A stretch of DNA of 64,000 nt from an uncultured bacterium (GTDB lineage: Bacteria; Verrucomicrobiota; Kiritimatiellia; RFP12; UBA1067): contig CACWVU010000001.1 in NCBI GenBank assembly GCA_902764415.1, positions 1,133 to 65,132 of the forward strand, in the 5' to 3' direction. Below, one piece after another: positions 9,282-18,432 of the stretch. The translations under genes and the position numbers were made by a program. Position 1 is the stretch's first letter, and every line of letters starts with the position of its first letter. The notes under the pieces are model-generated. The model was not told where the DNA came from. It worked only from the letters and a program-made list of their open reading frames with translations, and made no database searches.

Positions 9282-10727
9282 TTGGACCTTGAGCAGAATA
9301 CCGTGCCTCTTGCCGAGGCGTTGAACGCGCAGCGGATAAACCGCCTTGCGCATTTTGACGTGCCTGCGCACAAAGGCGGCCGCATGAACCCTGAACTGGC
9401 CGAATATTTCGGTAAACTCTGCATGGAGCTCGACGTGAACTCCATGAAGCCGCTGGACAACCTCGGCCATCCCGTGTCCGTCATCAGGGATGCGCAGACA
9501 CTTGCCGCGCAGGCGTTCGGGGCCGACAACGCGTTCTTCATGGTCAACGGGACGACGTCGGCGGTACAGACGATGATCTGGGCGTCGACTAGCCGCGGCG
9601 AGAAGATAATCCTCCCGCGCAACGTCCACAGGAGCGCCATCAACGCGCTCGTGGTCAACGGGGCGGTGCCGGTCTACATCAATCCTGGGCGCGACAGAAG
9701 GCTCGGCATCCCGCTGGGGATGCGAATCGCCGACGTCGAGAAGGCGATCGCGGAGCATCCCGACGCGAAGGCGATCCTCGTCAACAATCCGACCTACTAC
9801 GGGATATGCTCGGACCTGGCCACCATCGTGAAGCTCGCGCACGAAGCCGGGATGCTTGTGCTCGCCGACGAGGCGCACGGCACCCACTTCACCTTCCACG
9901 AGGATCTTCCCGTGTCCGCTATGGCGGCGGGCGCGGACATGGCGGCGTGCTCGATCCACAAGACGGGCGGCTCGCTCACGCAGAGTTCCATTCTCCTCTC
10001 GCGCAGACCGGTCAACCCTGACTATGTGCGGCAGATCATCACGCTCACGCAGTCGACGAGCGCGAACTACCTGCTCCTGTCGTCCCTCGACATTGCGCGC
10101 CACCATCTTTTCTTCAAGGGGCGCGCCGCCTATCAGAAGACGATGGACTTCGCGGACTACGCGCGCGAGGAGATAAACGACCTCGGCGGCTATTACGCGT
10201 TCGGACCGGAGCTCGTGGACGGCGACGCGGTGTTCGCCTTCGACAGGACCAAGCTTTCCGTGCACACGCGCGACATCGGGCTCGCCGGCATTGAGGTCTA
10301 CGACCACCTTCGCGACGACTACGGCATCCAGATCGAGTTCGGCGACGTCGGCAACCTGCTCGCGATACTTTCGGCTGGCGACCGCATGATGGACGTGGAG
10401 CGGCTCATTTCCGCGCTGGCCGAGATAAAGCGCCTGCACGAGCGCAGCCCGGCCGGGCTCTTCGACCACGAATACATCGATCCTGTGATCGACATGGCGC
10501 CGCAGGACGCGTTCTACGCGAAGAAGCGCCGCGTGCCGATGCGGGAGTCGACAGGGCTGGTGGCGGGCGAGTTCGTGATGAGCTATCCGCCGGGGATCCC
10601 GATCGTCGCGCCCGGCGAGCGCATCACGCCCGACATCCTCGAGCACATCCTGTTCGCCAAGGACAAGGGCTGCTTCATGACCGGCACCGAGGACATGAAT
10701 CTTGACTACATTCAGGTTGTGGAGTAG
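9282..10727 (+). CDS. speA: Orn/Lys/Arg decarboxylase family, fold-type I PLP enzyme (Bacillus SpeA-like arginine decarboxylase)
   Basis: TTG start with GGGAG 9 nt upstream. FDVPAHKGG N-terminus, PLP-lysine motif SIHKTGGSLTQ. Operon context with speE and speB. Confidence 0.75.
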   Translation: MDLEQNTVPLAEALNAQRINRLAHFDVPAHKGGRMNPELAEYFGKLCMELDVNSMKPLDNLGHPVSVIRDAQTLAAQAFGADNAFFMVNGTTSAVQTMIWASTSRGEKIILPRNVHRSAINALVVNGAVPVYINPGRDRRLGIPLGMRIADVEKAIAEHPDAKAILVNNPTYYGICSDLATIVKLAHEAGMLVLADEAHGTHFTFHEDLPVSAMAAGADMAACSIHKTGGSLTQSSILLSRRPVNPDYVRQIITLTQSTSANYLLLSSLDIARHHLFFKGRAAYQKTMDFADYAREEINDLGGYYAFGPELVDGDAVFAFDRTKLSVHTRDIGLAGIEVYDHLRDDYGIQIEFGDVGNLLAILSAGDRMMDVERLISALAEIKRLHERSPAGLFDHEYIDPVIDMAPQDAFYAKKRRVPMRESTGLVAGEFVMSYPPGIPIVAPGERITPDILEHILFAKDKGCFMTGTEDMNLDYIQVVE

Positions 10728-10730
10728 AAT

Positions 10731-11591
10731 ATGGAACTGTGGTACACCGACGAACACACTCGGGACGTGCGCTTCTCGATGAAGGTGGTCGAGCAGATCG
10801 CCTCGCGCAAAAGCGACGTCCAGCAGATCGACATCCTCGACACGCAGGCCTATGGGCGCGTGCTCGTCCTAGACGGCGGACTGATGATCACCGAGAAGGA
10901 CGAGTTCATCTACCACGAGATGATAACCCATGTCCCGATGGCGGTGCACCCGCGCGTGAAGAACGTGCTGGTGATCGGCGGCGGCGACGGCGGCACAGTG
11001 CGCGAGCTCGTGAAGTACAGGTCCATCGAATCCATCGACCTCGTGGAGGTCGACAAGCATGTCGTCCTGCTCGCGAAGAAGTATCTGCCGTTCACGTCTT
11101 CCAAGCTCAGGGACAGGCGCGTCAAGGTGTGGTTCGAGGAGGGACTCAGGTATGTGCGCGGCAAGAAGGCCGAGTATGACCTGATCATCGTCGATTCGTC
11201 CGATCCGTACGGGCCCGCCGAGGGTTTCTTCACCCGCGAGTTCTACGGCACCTGCTACAAGGCGCTGCGCGACGACGGCATCCTCATCAACCAGCACGAG
11301 TCGCCGTTCTACTCGGCCCACCAGAAGTCCGTGCGCGACGCCCACCGCCACATCGCGGTGGAGTTTCCGCTCGCAACGGTGTACCAGTGCCATATTCCGA
11401 GCTATCCCTCTGGCCACTGGCTCTTCGGCTTCGCCTCCAAGAAGTACCATCCCATCGGCGACCTCGACGAGGAGCGCTGGAACAGGCTCCGCATCAGGAC
11501 GCGCTACTACAATACCGCTCTCCACCGCGGGGCGTTCGCCCTGCCGAACTACGTGCTCGACATTCTCAAGGAGGAGGAGCTGCAGAAATGA
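10731..11591 (+). CDS. speE: Spermidine synthase-family aminopropyltransferase
   Basis: LVLDG...EFIYHEM, VLVIGGGDGGTVRE, IIVDSSDP motifs. Confidence 0.9.
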   Translation: MELWYTDEHTRDVRFSMKVVEQIASRKSDVQQIDILDTQAYGRVLVLDGGLMITEKDEFIYHEMITHVPMAVHPRVKNVLVIGGGDGGTVRELVKYRSIESIDLVEVDKHVVLLAKKYLPFTSSKLRDRRVKVWFEEGLRYVRGKKAEYDLIIVDSSDPYGPAEGFFTREFYGTCYKALRDDGILINQHESPFYSAHQKSVRDAHRHIAVEFPLATVYQCHIPSYPSGHWLFGFASKKYHPIGDLDEERWNRLRIRTRYYNTALHRGAFALPNYVLDILKEEELQK

Positions 11592-12451
11592 ACGCCCGTC
11601 CGAACCAGTTCATCGGGTGCGACCGGCCGTTTGCGGAGGCTCGGGTCGTCCTGTTCGGCGCACCGTACGATTCGACGACGTCGTTCCGCCCCGGCACGCG
11701 CTTCGGACCTTCCGCGATGCGCTCGGAGAGCTTCGGCATCGAGACGTATTCGATGCTCCAGGACCGCGACATCGCCGAGGACGCCGCCGTCTTCGATTCT
11801 GGCGACCTGGAGCTTCCGTTCGGCGCGCCCGACCGCGCGCTCGAAATGATAGAGGCGCGCGAGTCCGAAATCCTCGGCGCAGGCAAGATCCCGTTTCTGC
11901 TCGGCGGCGAACACCTTGTCACGCTCGGCGCCATGCGGGCGGCCGTGAAGCGTCATCCAGATCTGCGCATCGTCCACTTCGACGCGCACGCCGATCTGCG
12001 CGAGGACTACCTCGGCGTGGAGCTTTCGCACGCCTGCGTTCTCCGCCGCTGCCACGACCTCCTCGGCGACGGGCGCATCTTCCAGTTCGGCATCCGTTCC
12101 GGGACGCGCGACGAGCGCAGCTTCATGCTTGGCGGCCACGTCACGACGGAGCTCTTCTCGGACGCGACGCTGCCCGAAGTCGTCGAGAAGATCGGCAGAG
12201 ATGCGCCCGTCTACCTCACGGTCGACATGGACGTCCTCGACCCCGCGGAATTCCCGGGCACGGGGACGCCGGAGGCTGGCGGGCTTTCGTTCACGCGCCT
12301 CGTCGACGATGTGCGCCTGATCTGCGGGAAACTCAACATTGTCGCGCTCGACAACGTGGAACTTTCGCCCGCGCTCGATCCGACTGGACGCTCCACGGCG
12401 CTCGCATGCAAATTCCTGCGCGAGGAGCTGCTGTCCGTATGTAATCGGTGA
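11588..12451 (+). CDS. speB: Agmatinase / ureohydrolase family
   Basis: ATG 11588 overlaps the speE stop (ATGA). Mn-binding motifs HFDAHADLR and TVDMDVLDP...GTGTPEAGG. Confidence 0.85.
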   Translation: MNARPNQFIGCDRPFAEARVVLFGAPYDSTTSFRPGTRFGPSAMRSESFGIETYSMLQDRDIAEDAAVFDSGDLELPFGAPDRALEMIEARESEILGAGKIPFLLGGEHLVTLGAMRAAVKRHPDLRIVHFDAHADLREDYLGVELSHACVLRRCHDLLGDGRIFQFGIRSGTRDERSFMLGGHVTTELFSDATLPEVVEKIGRDAPVYLTVDMDVLDPAEFPGTGTPEAGGLSFTRLVDDVRLICGKLNIVALDNVELSPALDPTGRSTALACKFLREELLSVCNR

Positions 12452-12470
12452 TTTGGAAAGGAGAAATGAA

Positions 12471-13781
12471 ATGGCAAAGAAAGTGATGCTCATCGGTGCC
12501 GGCGGCGTTGCCGGCGTGGCGGCCGCGAAGATGGCCCAGAACCCCGACGTATTCGGCGAGCTCTTGATCGCCTCGCGCACGAAAGCCCGCTGCGACGCAA
12601 TCAAGGCGGACGTCGAGAAGCGCCCGTGGTTTGCCGCGAAGGGCGTGACGACGAAGATCTCCACCGCGCAGATCGACGCGATGGACGTGCCGCGCCTAAC
12701 CGCGCTCATCAAGGAATTCAAGCCGGACCTCGTGATGAACATCGCGCTTCCGTATCAGGACCTTGCGATCATGGACGCGTGTCTCGCCGCGGGCGTCAGC
12801 TACCTCGACACCGCCAACTACGAGCCGCCTGAAGAGGCGCACTTCGAGTACTCGTGGCAGTGGGCGTACCGCGAGATGTTCGAGAAGGCTGGGCTTACCG
12901 CAATCCTCGGCTGCGGCTTCGACCCCGGCGTCACCCAGGTGTTCTCCGCCTACGCGCAGAAGCACTACTTCGACGAGATCCACACGCTCGACATCCTCGA
13001 CTGCAACGGCGGCGACCACGGCTATCCCTTCGCCACCAACTTCAACCCCGAGATCAACATCCGCGAGGTCTCCGCGAAGGGGTCGTATTGGGTCGCAAAC
13101 CGCGAGCCCGAACTGCCGCCCGACGTCGACGAGTTCGACGAACACGGCGTCAAGGTCGAGTACAAGAAGGCGTTCGACAAGGGCTGGTGGGTCGAGACCG
13201 CGCCGATGGCGATCAAGCGCGAGTACGTGTTCGACGAGGTCGGCAAGAAGGACATGTACCTTCTTCACCACGAGGAGCTGGAGTCCCTGGGCTGCAACTT
13301 GAAGGGCATCAGCCGCATCCGCTTCTTCATGACCTTCGGCCAGAGCTACCTGACGCACTTGAAGTGCCTCGAGAACGTCGGCATGACGCGTATCGACCCG
13401 GTCGACTTCAAGGGACAGAAGATCGTCCCAATCGAGTTTTTAAAGGCGCTTCTCCCCGATCCTGCCACGCTTGGCCCGCGCACGAAGGGCAAGACAAACA
13501 TCGGCTGCATCTTCGAAGGCGTGAAGGACGGAAAACCCGTGAGCTACTACGTTTACAACGTCTGCGACCACCAGGAGTGCTACGCCGAAGTCGGCTCGCA
13601 GGCGATCAGCTACACGACGGGCGTCCCGGCGATGATCGGCGCGAAGATGTTCCTTGAAGGCAAGTGGACCGAGAATGGCGTCCACACCTGCGAGGAGTTC
13701 AACCCCGATCCGTTCATGGAAGAGCTGAACCGGCAGGGCCTTCCGTGGAAGGAGAATTTCAATCCCGTGAAAGTCCCTTGA
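12471..13781 (+). CDS. Carboxy(nor)spermidine dehydrogenase (saccharopine dehydrogenase family)
   Basis: ATG 12471 after SD GGAAAGGAG. Rossmann VMLIGAGGVAGV. Length and adjacency to the decarboxylase fit. Confidence 0.8.
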   Translation: MAKKVMLIGAGGVAGVAAAKMAQNPDVFGELLIASRTKARCDAIKADVEKRPWFAAKGVTTKISTAQIDAMDVPRLTALIKEFKPDLVMNIALPYQDLAIMDACLAAGVSYLDTANYEPPEEAHFEYSWQWAYREMFEKAGLTAILGCGFDPGVTQVFSAYAQKHYFDEIHTLDILDCNGGDHGYPFATNFNPEINIREVSAKGSYWVANREPELPPDVDEFDEHGVKVEYKKAFDKGWWVETAPMAIKREYVFDEVGKKDMYLLHHEELESLGCNLKGISRIRFFMTFGQSYLTHLKCLENVGMTRIDPVDFKGQKIVPIEFLKALLPDPATLGPRTKGKTNIGCIFEGVKDGKPVSYYVYNVCDHQECYAEVGSQAISYTTGVPAMIGAKMFLEGKWTENGVHTCEEFNPDPFMEELNRQGLPWKENFNPVKVP

Positions 13782-14897
13782 GTGAAGGCGCAGTACAGGA
13801 TAGATCTCGATAAACTCGCCAGGACGGCGGCCGTGGCGAAGGCGAACGCCGACCGGCTCGGTGTCCGCCTTCTGATGGCGCTCAAGGGCTTTCCTCTTCC
13901 CGCAGCGTTCCCGACGCTGGCACCGTATGTGGAGGGCGTGACCGCGTCAGGGCTTTTCGAGGCTCGGCTCGGGAAGCTGATGGGCAGGGAGGTCCATGTC
14001 CATGCGCCGGCGTACGCCGCCGACGAGATAGACGACCTTTGCGGGACTTGTACGCACATCGTCTTCAATTCGCTCTCCCAGCTCCGCAGGTTCGGCCCCG
14101 AGGCGAAGGCGAGGGGTTTGAGCGTCGGGCTGAGGCTCAATCCCGGCTTCTCCTCCGCCGACTGCCTCAAGTACGATCCGTGCTGCCCCGACTCGCGTTT
14201 CGGCGTGATGGCCGATGAGATCGAGGGGGATCTCGGGCTCGTTGACGGACTTCACGTCCATGCGCTCTGCGAGGGATATGCGGACGACTTCGCCGGGATG
14301 GTGGAGAGGCTCATCTCGCTGCTCGGAGGATCTGTTTTCCGGGAGCTGCTTCCGCGGCTGAAGTGGATCAACCTCGGCGGCGGCGAGGTGATTTGCGATT
14401 CCGCGTTCGCGACGCCGCGCGCGGTCGCCGCCGTCGCGGCGCTCAAGGCGCTCGGCAGGTTCGAGGTGATGATCGAGCCGAGCGAATACATGGTCAGGTA
14501 TTCCGGCTCGCTCGTCGCGCACGTGCTGGATGTGATTCGGCGCAAAGAGAAAGATATCGCGGTACTTGACGTTTCCGCTTCGTGCCACGCGACGGATCTG
14601 CTGCTTTTCGACATGCGCGCCGATATCGTCTCCCCCGCGCAGTCGGATGGTGGGCGCAGAACCGTCCTCGGGTGCGTGTCGTGCCTGGCGGGCGACGTGA
14701 TCGGCGAATACCGCTTCGCGAAGCCGCTCGAGACCGGCGACACCGTCGTCATCGGCGGGCTAGGCTGCTATTCTTTCGCGCAGCAGAGCTGGTTCAACGG
14801 CATCCGCCGCCCGGATGTGGTGCTGGTGTCGAAGGCCGGAGGCGAGAGAGTCGTCCTTTCGTGGGACTGGAGTGACTATCTGCGCGAATTCCAATAA
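13782..14897 (+). CDS. nspC: Carboxy(nor)spermidine decarboxylase (fold-type III PLP)
   Basis: GTG 13782 abuts the upstream stop. LMALKGF (PLP Lys), WINLGGGE, and C-terminal SFAQQSWFNG-type region. Confidence 0.8.
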   Translation: MKAQYRIDLDKLARTAAVAKANADRLGVRLLMALKGFPLPAAFPTLAPYVEGVTASGLFEARLGKLMGREVHVHAPAYAADEIDDLCGTCTHIVFNSLSQLRRFGPEAKARGLSVGLRLNPGFSSADCLKYDPCCPDSRFGVMADEIEGDLGLVDGLHVHALCEGYADDFAGMVERLISLLGGSVFRELLPRLKWINLGGGEVICDSAFATPRAVAAVAALKALGRFEVMIEPSEYMVRYSGSLVAHVLDVIRRKEKDIAVLDVSASCHATDLLLFDMRADIVSPAQSDGGRRTVLGCVSCLAGDVIGEYRFAKPLETGDTVVIGGLGCYSFAQQSWFNGIRRPDVVLVSKAGGERVVLSWDWSDYLREFQ

Positions 14898-14936
14898 AAG
14901 GGTCGGACCCTTCTGTATATGTTTTACTGTATATGC
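14896..14936. repeat. Left arm of a 41-nt inverted repeat bracketing the truA promoter
   Basis: Core cttctgtatatgttttactgtatatgc (14910-14936) is the perfect reverse complement of 15116-15142. The extended arms match at 38/41 positions. Confidence 0.9.
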
Positions 14937-15015
14937 TTGGAGGGATGTGACTGGACTCCGCAGATTGCGCGGGGGCTTGGATTTCGTCCGCACCGTAATC
15001 TCATCGCGGCGGATA

Positions 15016-15024
15016 TGGTATAAT
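15016..15024 (+). promoter_or_regulatory. Extended -10 promoter TGGTATAATACGCG inside the IR-bracketed 179-bp segment
   Basis: tggtataat at 15016-15024, pointing toward truA. Confidence 0.55.
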
Positions 15025-15106
15025 ACGCGACGTGAGACCGAGCAACATTCCGTGTGCTGATGCATTGTTCTCCGTTTCCGCCGCGCCGGCGGAGGCAGAG
15101 CATGAC

Positions 15107-15943
15107 ATGAACACGGCATATACAGTAAAACATATACAGAAGAGTCTGGCCCTTTTGCCCACAAGAGACGGCCAGCCGTCCCGTCCGGGACGCAAGTACA
15201 AGGTCGTCATCGCCTACGACGGCACCGGCTTCTCGGGCTGGCAGTTCCAGGAGAACGCCGTCGGCGTGCAGCAGGTGGTGGAGGAGGCGCTGGAGTGGAT
15301 CGAGCGCGCGCCGGTCAGGGTCTACGGCTCCTCGCGCACCGACGCCGGCGTGCACGCCCGCGGCTTCGTGGCCCACTTCGAGCTCACCAAGCCGGTGCCG
15401 CCGAAGAACCTCGTGCGCGCGCTCAATTCGCGCCTGCCGGAGTCGGTCAGGGTGCTGAAGGCGTCCTACGCCAAGCCGGACTTCGACGCGCGCCTCTCGG
15501 CGAAGGGCAAGGAATACCGCTACCAGCTCTACCAGGCGGACATCCTGCCGCCGCACCTGGCGCCGTACTGGACCTTCTGCCACCGGCCGCTCAACCTCGA
15601 GGCGATGCGCAAGGCGGCCGGCTATTTCGTCGGTCGTCACGACTTCCTCTCCTTCGCCGCGAACCCCAACCGCGAGCTGGAGACTACCGTGCGAACCGTC
15701 TTCTCCTTCGAGGTGCGCAGGAGCGGCCACCGCTACGTCTTCGTCGTGCGCGGCGACGGCTTCCTCTACAAGCAGGTGCGCTCGATGGTCGGCTTCCTAA
15801 TCTCCGTCGGCAAGGGCAACGAGCGCCCTGCGGCGGTGAAGGAGCTCCTCGCCGAGCATCCGCCGCGCACCGCCCGCGTTGAGACCGCGCCTTCGCGCGG
15901 ACTCTTCCTCTGGAAGGTCTTCTACGGAAGGGTGCCGAAGTGA
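15107..15943 (+). CDS. truA: tRNA pseudouridine(38-40) synthase
   Basis: YKVVIAYDGTGFSGWQ and catalytic SSRTDAGVHA. Start uncertain: ATG 15107 chosen, GTG 15032 and TTG 15155 also in frame. Confidence 0.85.
   Translation: MNTAYTVKHIQKSLALLPTRDGQPSRPGRKYKVVIAYDGTGFSGWQFQENAVGVQQVVEEALEWIERAPVRVYGSSRTDAGVHARGFVAHFELTKPVPPKNLVRALNSRLPESVRVLKASYAKPDFDARLSAKGKEYRYQLYQADILPPHLAPYWTFCHRPLNLEAMRKAAGYFVGRHDFLSFAANPNRELETTVRTVFSFEVRRSGHRYVFVVRGDGFLYKQVRSMVGFLISVGKGNERPAAVKELLAEHPPRTARVETAPSRGLFLWKVFYGRVPK
15116..15156. repeat. Right arm of the 41-nt inverted repeat (lies inside the 5' end of the annotated truA ORF)
   Basis: gcatatacagtaaaacatatacagaag followed by agtctggccctttt, pairing with 14896-14936. 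Confidence 0.9.
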
Positions 15944-17028
15944 GCGCCGCGCGCGTCCTCTTCTGCGGCGTCGGCTTCGGGCACGGCGGACTCGCCAGCT
16001 CGTTCCCGCCGGTCGCCGCCGCGCTGGAGCGCCGCGGCTTCGAGGTCAAGGTGCTCGTGCCCCACGCCGCCGACCGCGGCGCGCTCGACCTGCCGCCCGG
16101 CTACGAGACCGGTCCCGCCTTCCGCTGGCGCGTGCGCTCGATCTGGGCGGGACGCCTCCTGCGGCTTTTCCACCTCGCCACCTTCGGACGCCTCCGCTTC
16201 CTCTTCGCGCGCCGGGTCCCACACGACGTCTTCGTCGTCTACGGCGCGAGCTGCTGCATGGAGTGGTGCGGATATTCGTCGAAGCCGACCTGGGCGTTTC
16301 TACACTCCGAGCCGGAAATCGGGCTTTCGGGTCCGCTGCGTCCGGCGATCGTCCGCGACCTGCGCCGGTCCGCCGCGCGCGCGCAACGCGTCTTTGCGGT
16401 CTCGAACGCCGTCCACGACGCCTGGCTGAAGCTCGGGATCGACAGCGAGGTCCTGCGTCTGCCGCGCGCCTGCAAGCCGCCGAGCGCCGCCGTCGCGCGC
16501 GATCCGCGGCGCTGCGTCTACGTTGGCCGCCTTTCGTGGGAGAAGGGGGTGGACCGTCTTCTCGACGCAATCGCGAAGGTGCCGGAGCTTTCGCTCGATG
16601 TCGTCGGCGACGGACCCCTCCGCGGCGATCTCGAGCGCCGCGCCGCCGCGCTGGGACTGTCCGGCAGGGTGCGCTTCCTGGGCTGGATGGACGACACCAC
16701 GCCGGTCCTTGCCGCCGCTGCCCTGGCGGTGAGTCCGTCGCGGCTGGAAGGCCTTGGGCTTGCGGTCATGGAGGCGCTGGAGTCAGGGGTTCCCGTCATT
16801 GCCACCGACATCCCCGGCAGCCGCGAGGCGCTTGCCGGCGGCAGGTACGGGCGGCTCGTCCCTGATTCCGTGGACGGCCTCGCCGCCGCGCTCGCTGAAT
16901 TCGTCCGCGATCCGCGCTCGTGCGACCCCGCCGTCGGCTTCGAGACTGTGCGTGCGGAGCTGTCCGCCATGTCGGCGGAGTCGGAGCGCCGGCTCGCGGA
17001 GATTGCCCTTGCGTTCCTGCGTTCTTAG
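15940..17028 (+). CDS. Glycosyltransferase family 4 (GT-B)
   Basis: GTG 15940 overlaps the truA stop (GTGA). C-terminal GRLSWEKG ... PSRLEGLGLAVMEALESGVPVIATD (EX7E). Confidence 0.85.
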   Translation: MSAARVLFCGVGFGHGGLASSFPPVAAALERRGFEVKVLVPHAADRGALDLPPGYETGPAFRWRVRSIWAGRLLRLFHLATFGRLRFLFARRVPHDVFVVYGASCCMEWCGYSSKPTWAFLHSEPEIGLSGPLRPAIVRDLRRSAARAQRVFAVSNAVHDAWLKLGIDSEVLRLPRACKPPSAAVARDPRRCVYVGRLSWEKGVDRLLDAIAKVPELSLDVVGDGPLRGDLERRAAALGLSGRVRFLGWMDDTTPVLAAAALAVSPSRLEGLGLAVMEALESGVPVIATDIPGSREALAGGRYGRLVPDSVDGLAAALAEFVRDPRSCDPAVGFETVRAELSAMSAESERRLAEIALAFLRS

Positions 17029-17123
17029 CGGAAAACAATGGAGCTGCAATGCTGAATATCGCCGTCTTCGCCGCTCCAGTTCTTCGTGACCAAAACGGCT
17101 TCAATGTCTTCGGACTGAATTTT

Positions 17124-17132
17124 TGGTATAAT
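17124..17132 (+). promoter_or_regulatory. Extended -10 promoter for rubrerythrin
   Basis: tggtataat at 17124-17132. SD GAAGGAG before ATG 17172. Confidence 0.6.
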
Positions 17133-17171
17133 ACCAACATCAAAAACAAACATTAACGAAGGAGAAACACA

Positions 17172-17705
17172 ATGGAACTCAAGGGATCGAAGACGGAAGC
17201 GAACCTAATGGCGGCGTTTGCCGGCGAATCGCAGGCTCGCAACAAGTACGACTACTACGCCTCGCGCGCGAAGAAGGACGGCTACGAGCAGATCGCGGCC
17301 ATCTTCCAGGAGACGGCGCTCAACGAGAAAGAGCACGCCAAGATGTGGTTCAAGCTCTTCGCTGGCATCGGCGAGACGAAGGAGAACCTCCTTGCAGCCG
17401 CCGCGGGCGAGCACGAGGAGTGGACCGAGATGTACCGGCGCTTCGCCGAGGAGGCCGAGGCCGAGGGCTTCAAGGAGATCGCCGAGAAGTTCCGCAAGGT
17501 CGCCGAGGTCGAGGCGCATCACGAGGAACGCTACCGCAAGCTTGTCGCCAACATCGAGTCCGGCGAAGTGTGGGTCCGCGTCGGCAAGAACAGGTGGCAG
17601 TGCCGCAACTGCGGCGCGATCATCGAGTCCGAGCGCGCGCCGGAGAAGTGCCCCGTCTGCGACCACCCGAAGGCCTACTTCCAGCTCGAGCAGAACAACT
17701 TCTGA
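17172..17705 (+). CDS. rbr: Rubrerythrin
   Basis: Ferritin-like diiron helices (E..ARNKY, NEKEH, EAHHEE) plus a C-terminal rubredoxin CRNCG...CPVC. Confidence 0.95.
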   Translation: MELKGSKTEANLMAAFAGESQARNKYDYYASRAKKDGYEQIAAIFQETALNEKEHAKMWFKLFAGIGETKENLLAAAAGEHEEWTEMYRRFAEEAEAEGFKEIAEKFRKVAEVEAHHEERYRKLVANIESGEVWVRVGKNRWQCRNCGAIIESERAPEKCPVCDHPKAYFQLEQNNF

Positions 17706-17726
17706 TCCATAGGGTCGCCGGACGCA

Positions 17727-17758
17727 GCCACGCTCACGTATTCAAACGTGGGCGTGGC
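17727..17758 (+). terminator. Hairpin after rubrerythrin (no U-tract)
   Basis: gccacgctcacg / tattcaaa / cgtgggcgtggc: a 12-bp stem with one G-U pair. Confidence 0.35.
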
Positions 17759-17787
17759 GTTCACGGGATTCGTCGTGCGATGACATC

Positions 17788-18432
17788 ATGAAGATCGAGG
17801 AACTCATAGACCGAGGGGACGAGACGGGACAGCGCATCCGCGAGACGCTGAACGTCCTTCTTGAGTCGCCGTACTTCTATAAGACGGACGACGAACGGCT
17901 TTTTCTCGTCTTGACGCGCTACAAGCGCGCGTTCGAGGCGTTCTTCGACAAGTTTTTCGGATGGACGCTCGTGATGGATTCGAAATGTGCGCGCCTCTAC
18001 AAACCGAAATGGTTCAACGAGAAGATCACGCAGCCGAACCGCGACATGTTCGGCTTCACGAAGCGCGACGAGTGCATGGCGTTTCTAATCCTCATCGAGT
18101 TCTTCGAGCGCGAATGCCGGGAGCAGGGCGTGACGGCCGATGACCGCGAAAACCTGCGCTTCCGTTTCGGCGACTGGCTCGAATACGCAGCGACGCGCTT
18201 CCGAGCGCTGATGTCCGGCAAGGAGGAGAACTACACCGACGAGCGCGTGCGGCAGATACTGCGCGACATCATGCCCGACCTGGTACGGTACCGCTTTTTG
18301 CAAAAAGTGAGACCTTCGGCGGACGACAGCGTGAGCGAGTCAGAAACGATCTTCGAGTGCCTCCCCGCCCTCTGGCACTACCAGGCCGCGCAGCTCAACC
18401 AGCCCGTCGACAATGAGGAGGTCGCGGAATGA
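17788..18432 (+). CDS. JetB/MksE-like small subunit candidate of a Wadjet-like system
   Basis: 214 aa helical protein, first gene of a coupled four-gene set. Size and position next to the SMC-like ATPase fit DUF4194/DUF2398-type partners. No catalytic motif. Confidence 0.5.
   Translation: MKIEELIDRGDETGQRIRETLNVLLESPYFYKTDDERLFLVLTRYKRAFEAFFDKFFGWTLVMDSKCARLYKPKWFNEKITQPNRDMFGFTKRDECMAFLILIEFFERECREQGVTADDRENLRFRFGDWLEYAATRFRALMSGKEENYTDERVRQILRDIMPDLVRYRFLQKVRPSADDSVSESETIFECLPALWHYQAAQLNQPVDNEEVAE

Noticed and set aside
9135-10757. 540-aa minus-strand ORF, and likewise 20100..22013, 2459..4063, 11549..12742, 41953..43194 and 62884..63861 on the minus strand
   Set aside because: All are antisense to recognisable + strand genes (speA, jetC-like, murC-like, speB/CASDH, LicD, TPR-like ORF). 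None shows motifs or sensible start signals.
15032-15106. GTG 15032 as the truA start (ORF-track start)
   Set aside because: It would start only ~8 nt after the -10 with a non-AUG codon and add 25 non-conserved residues. ATG 15107 (or TTG 15155) gives an N-terminus of normal length. This remains uncertain.
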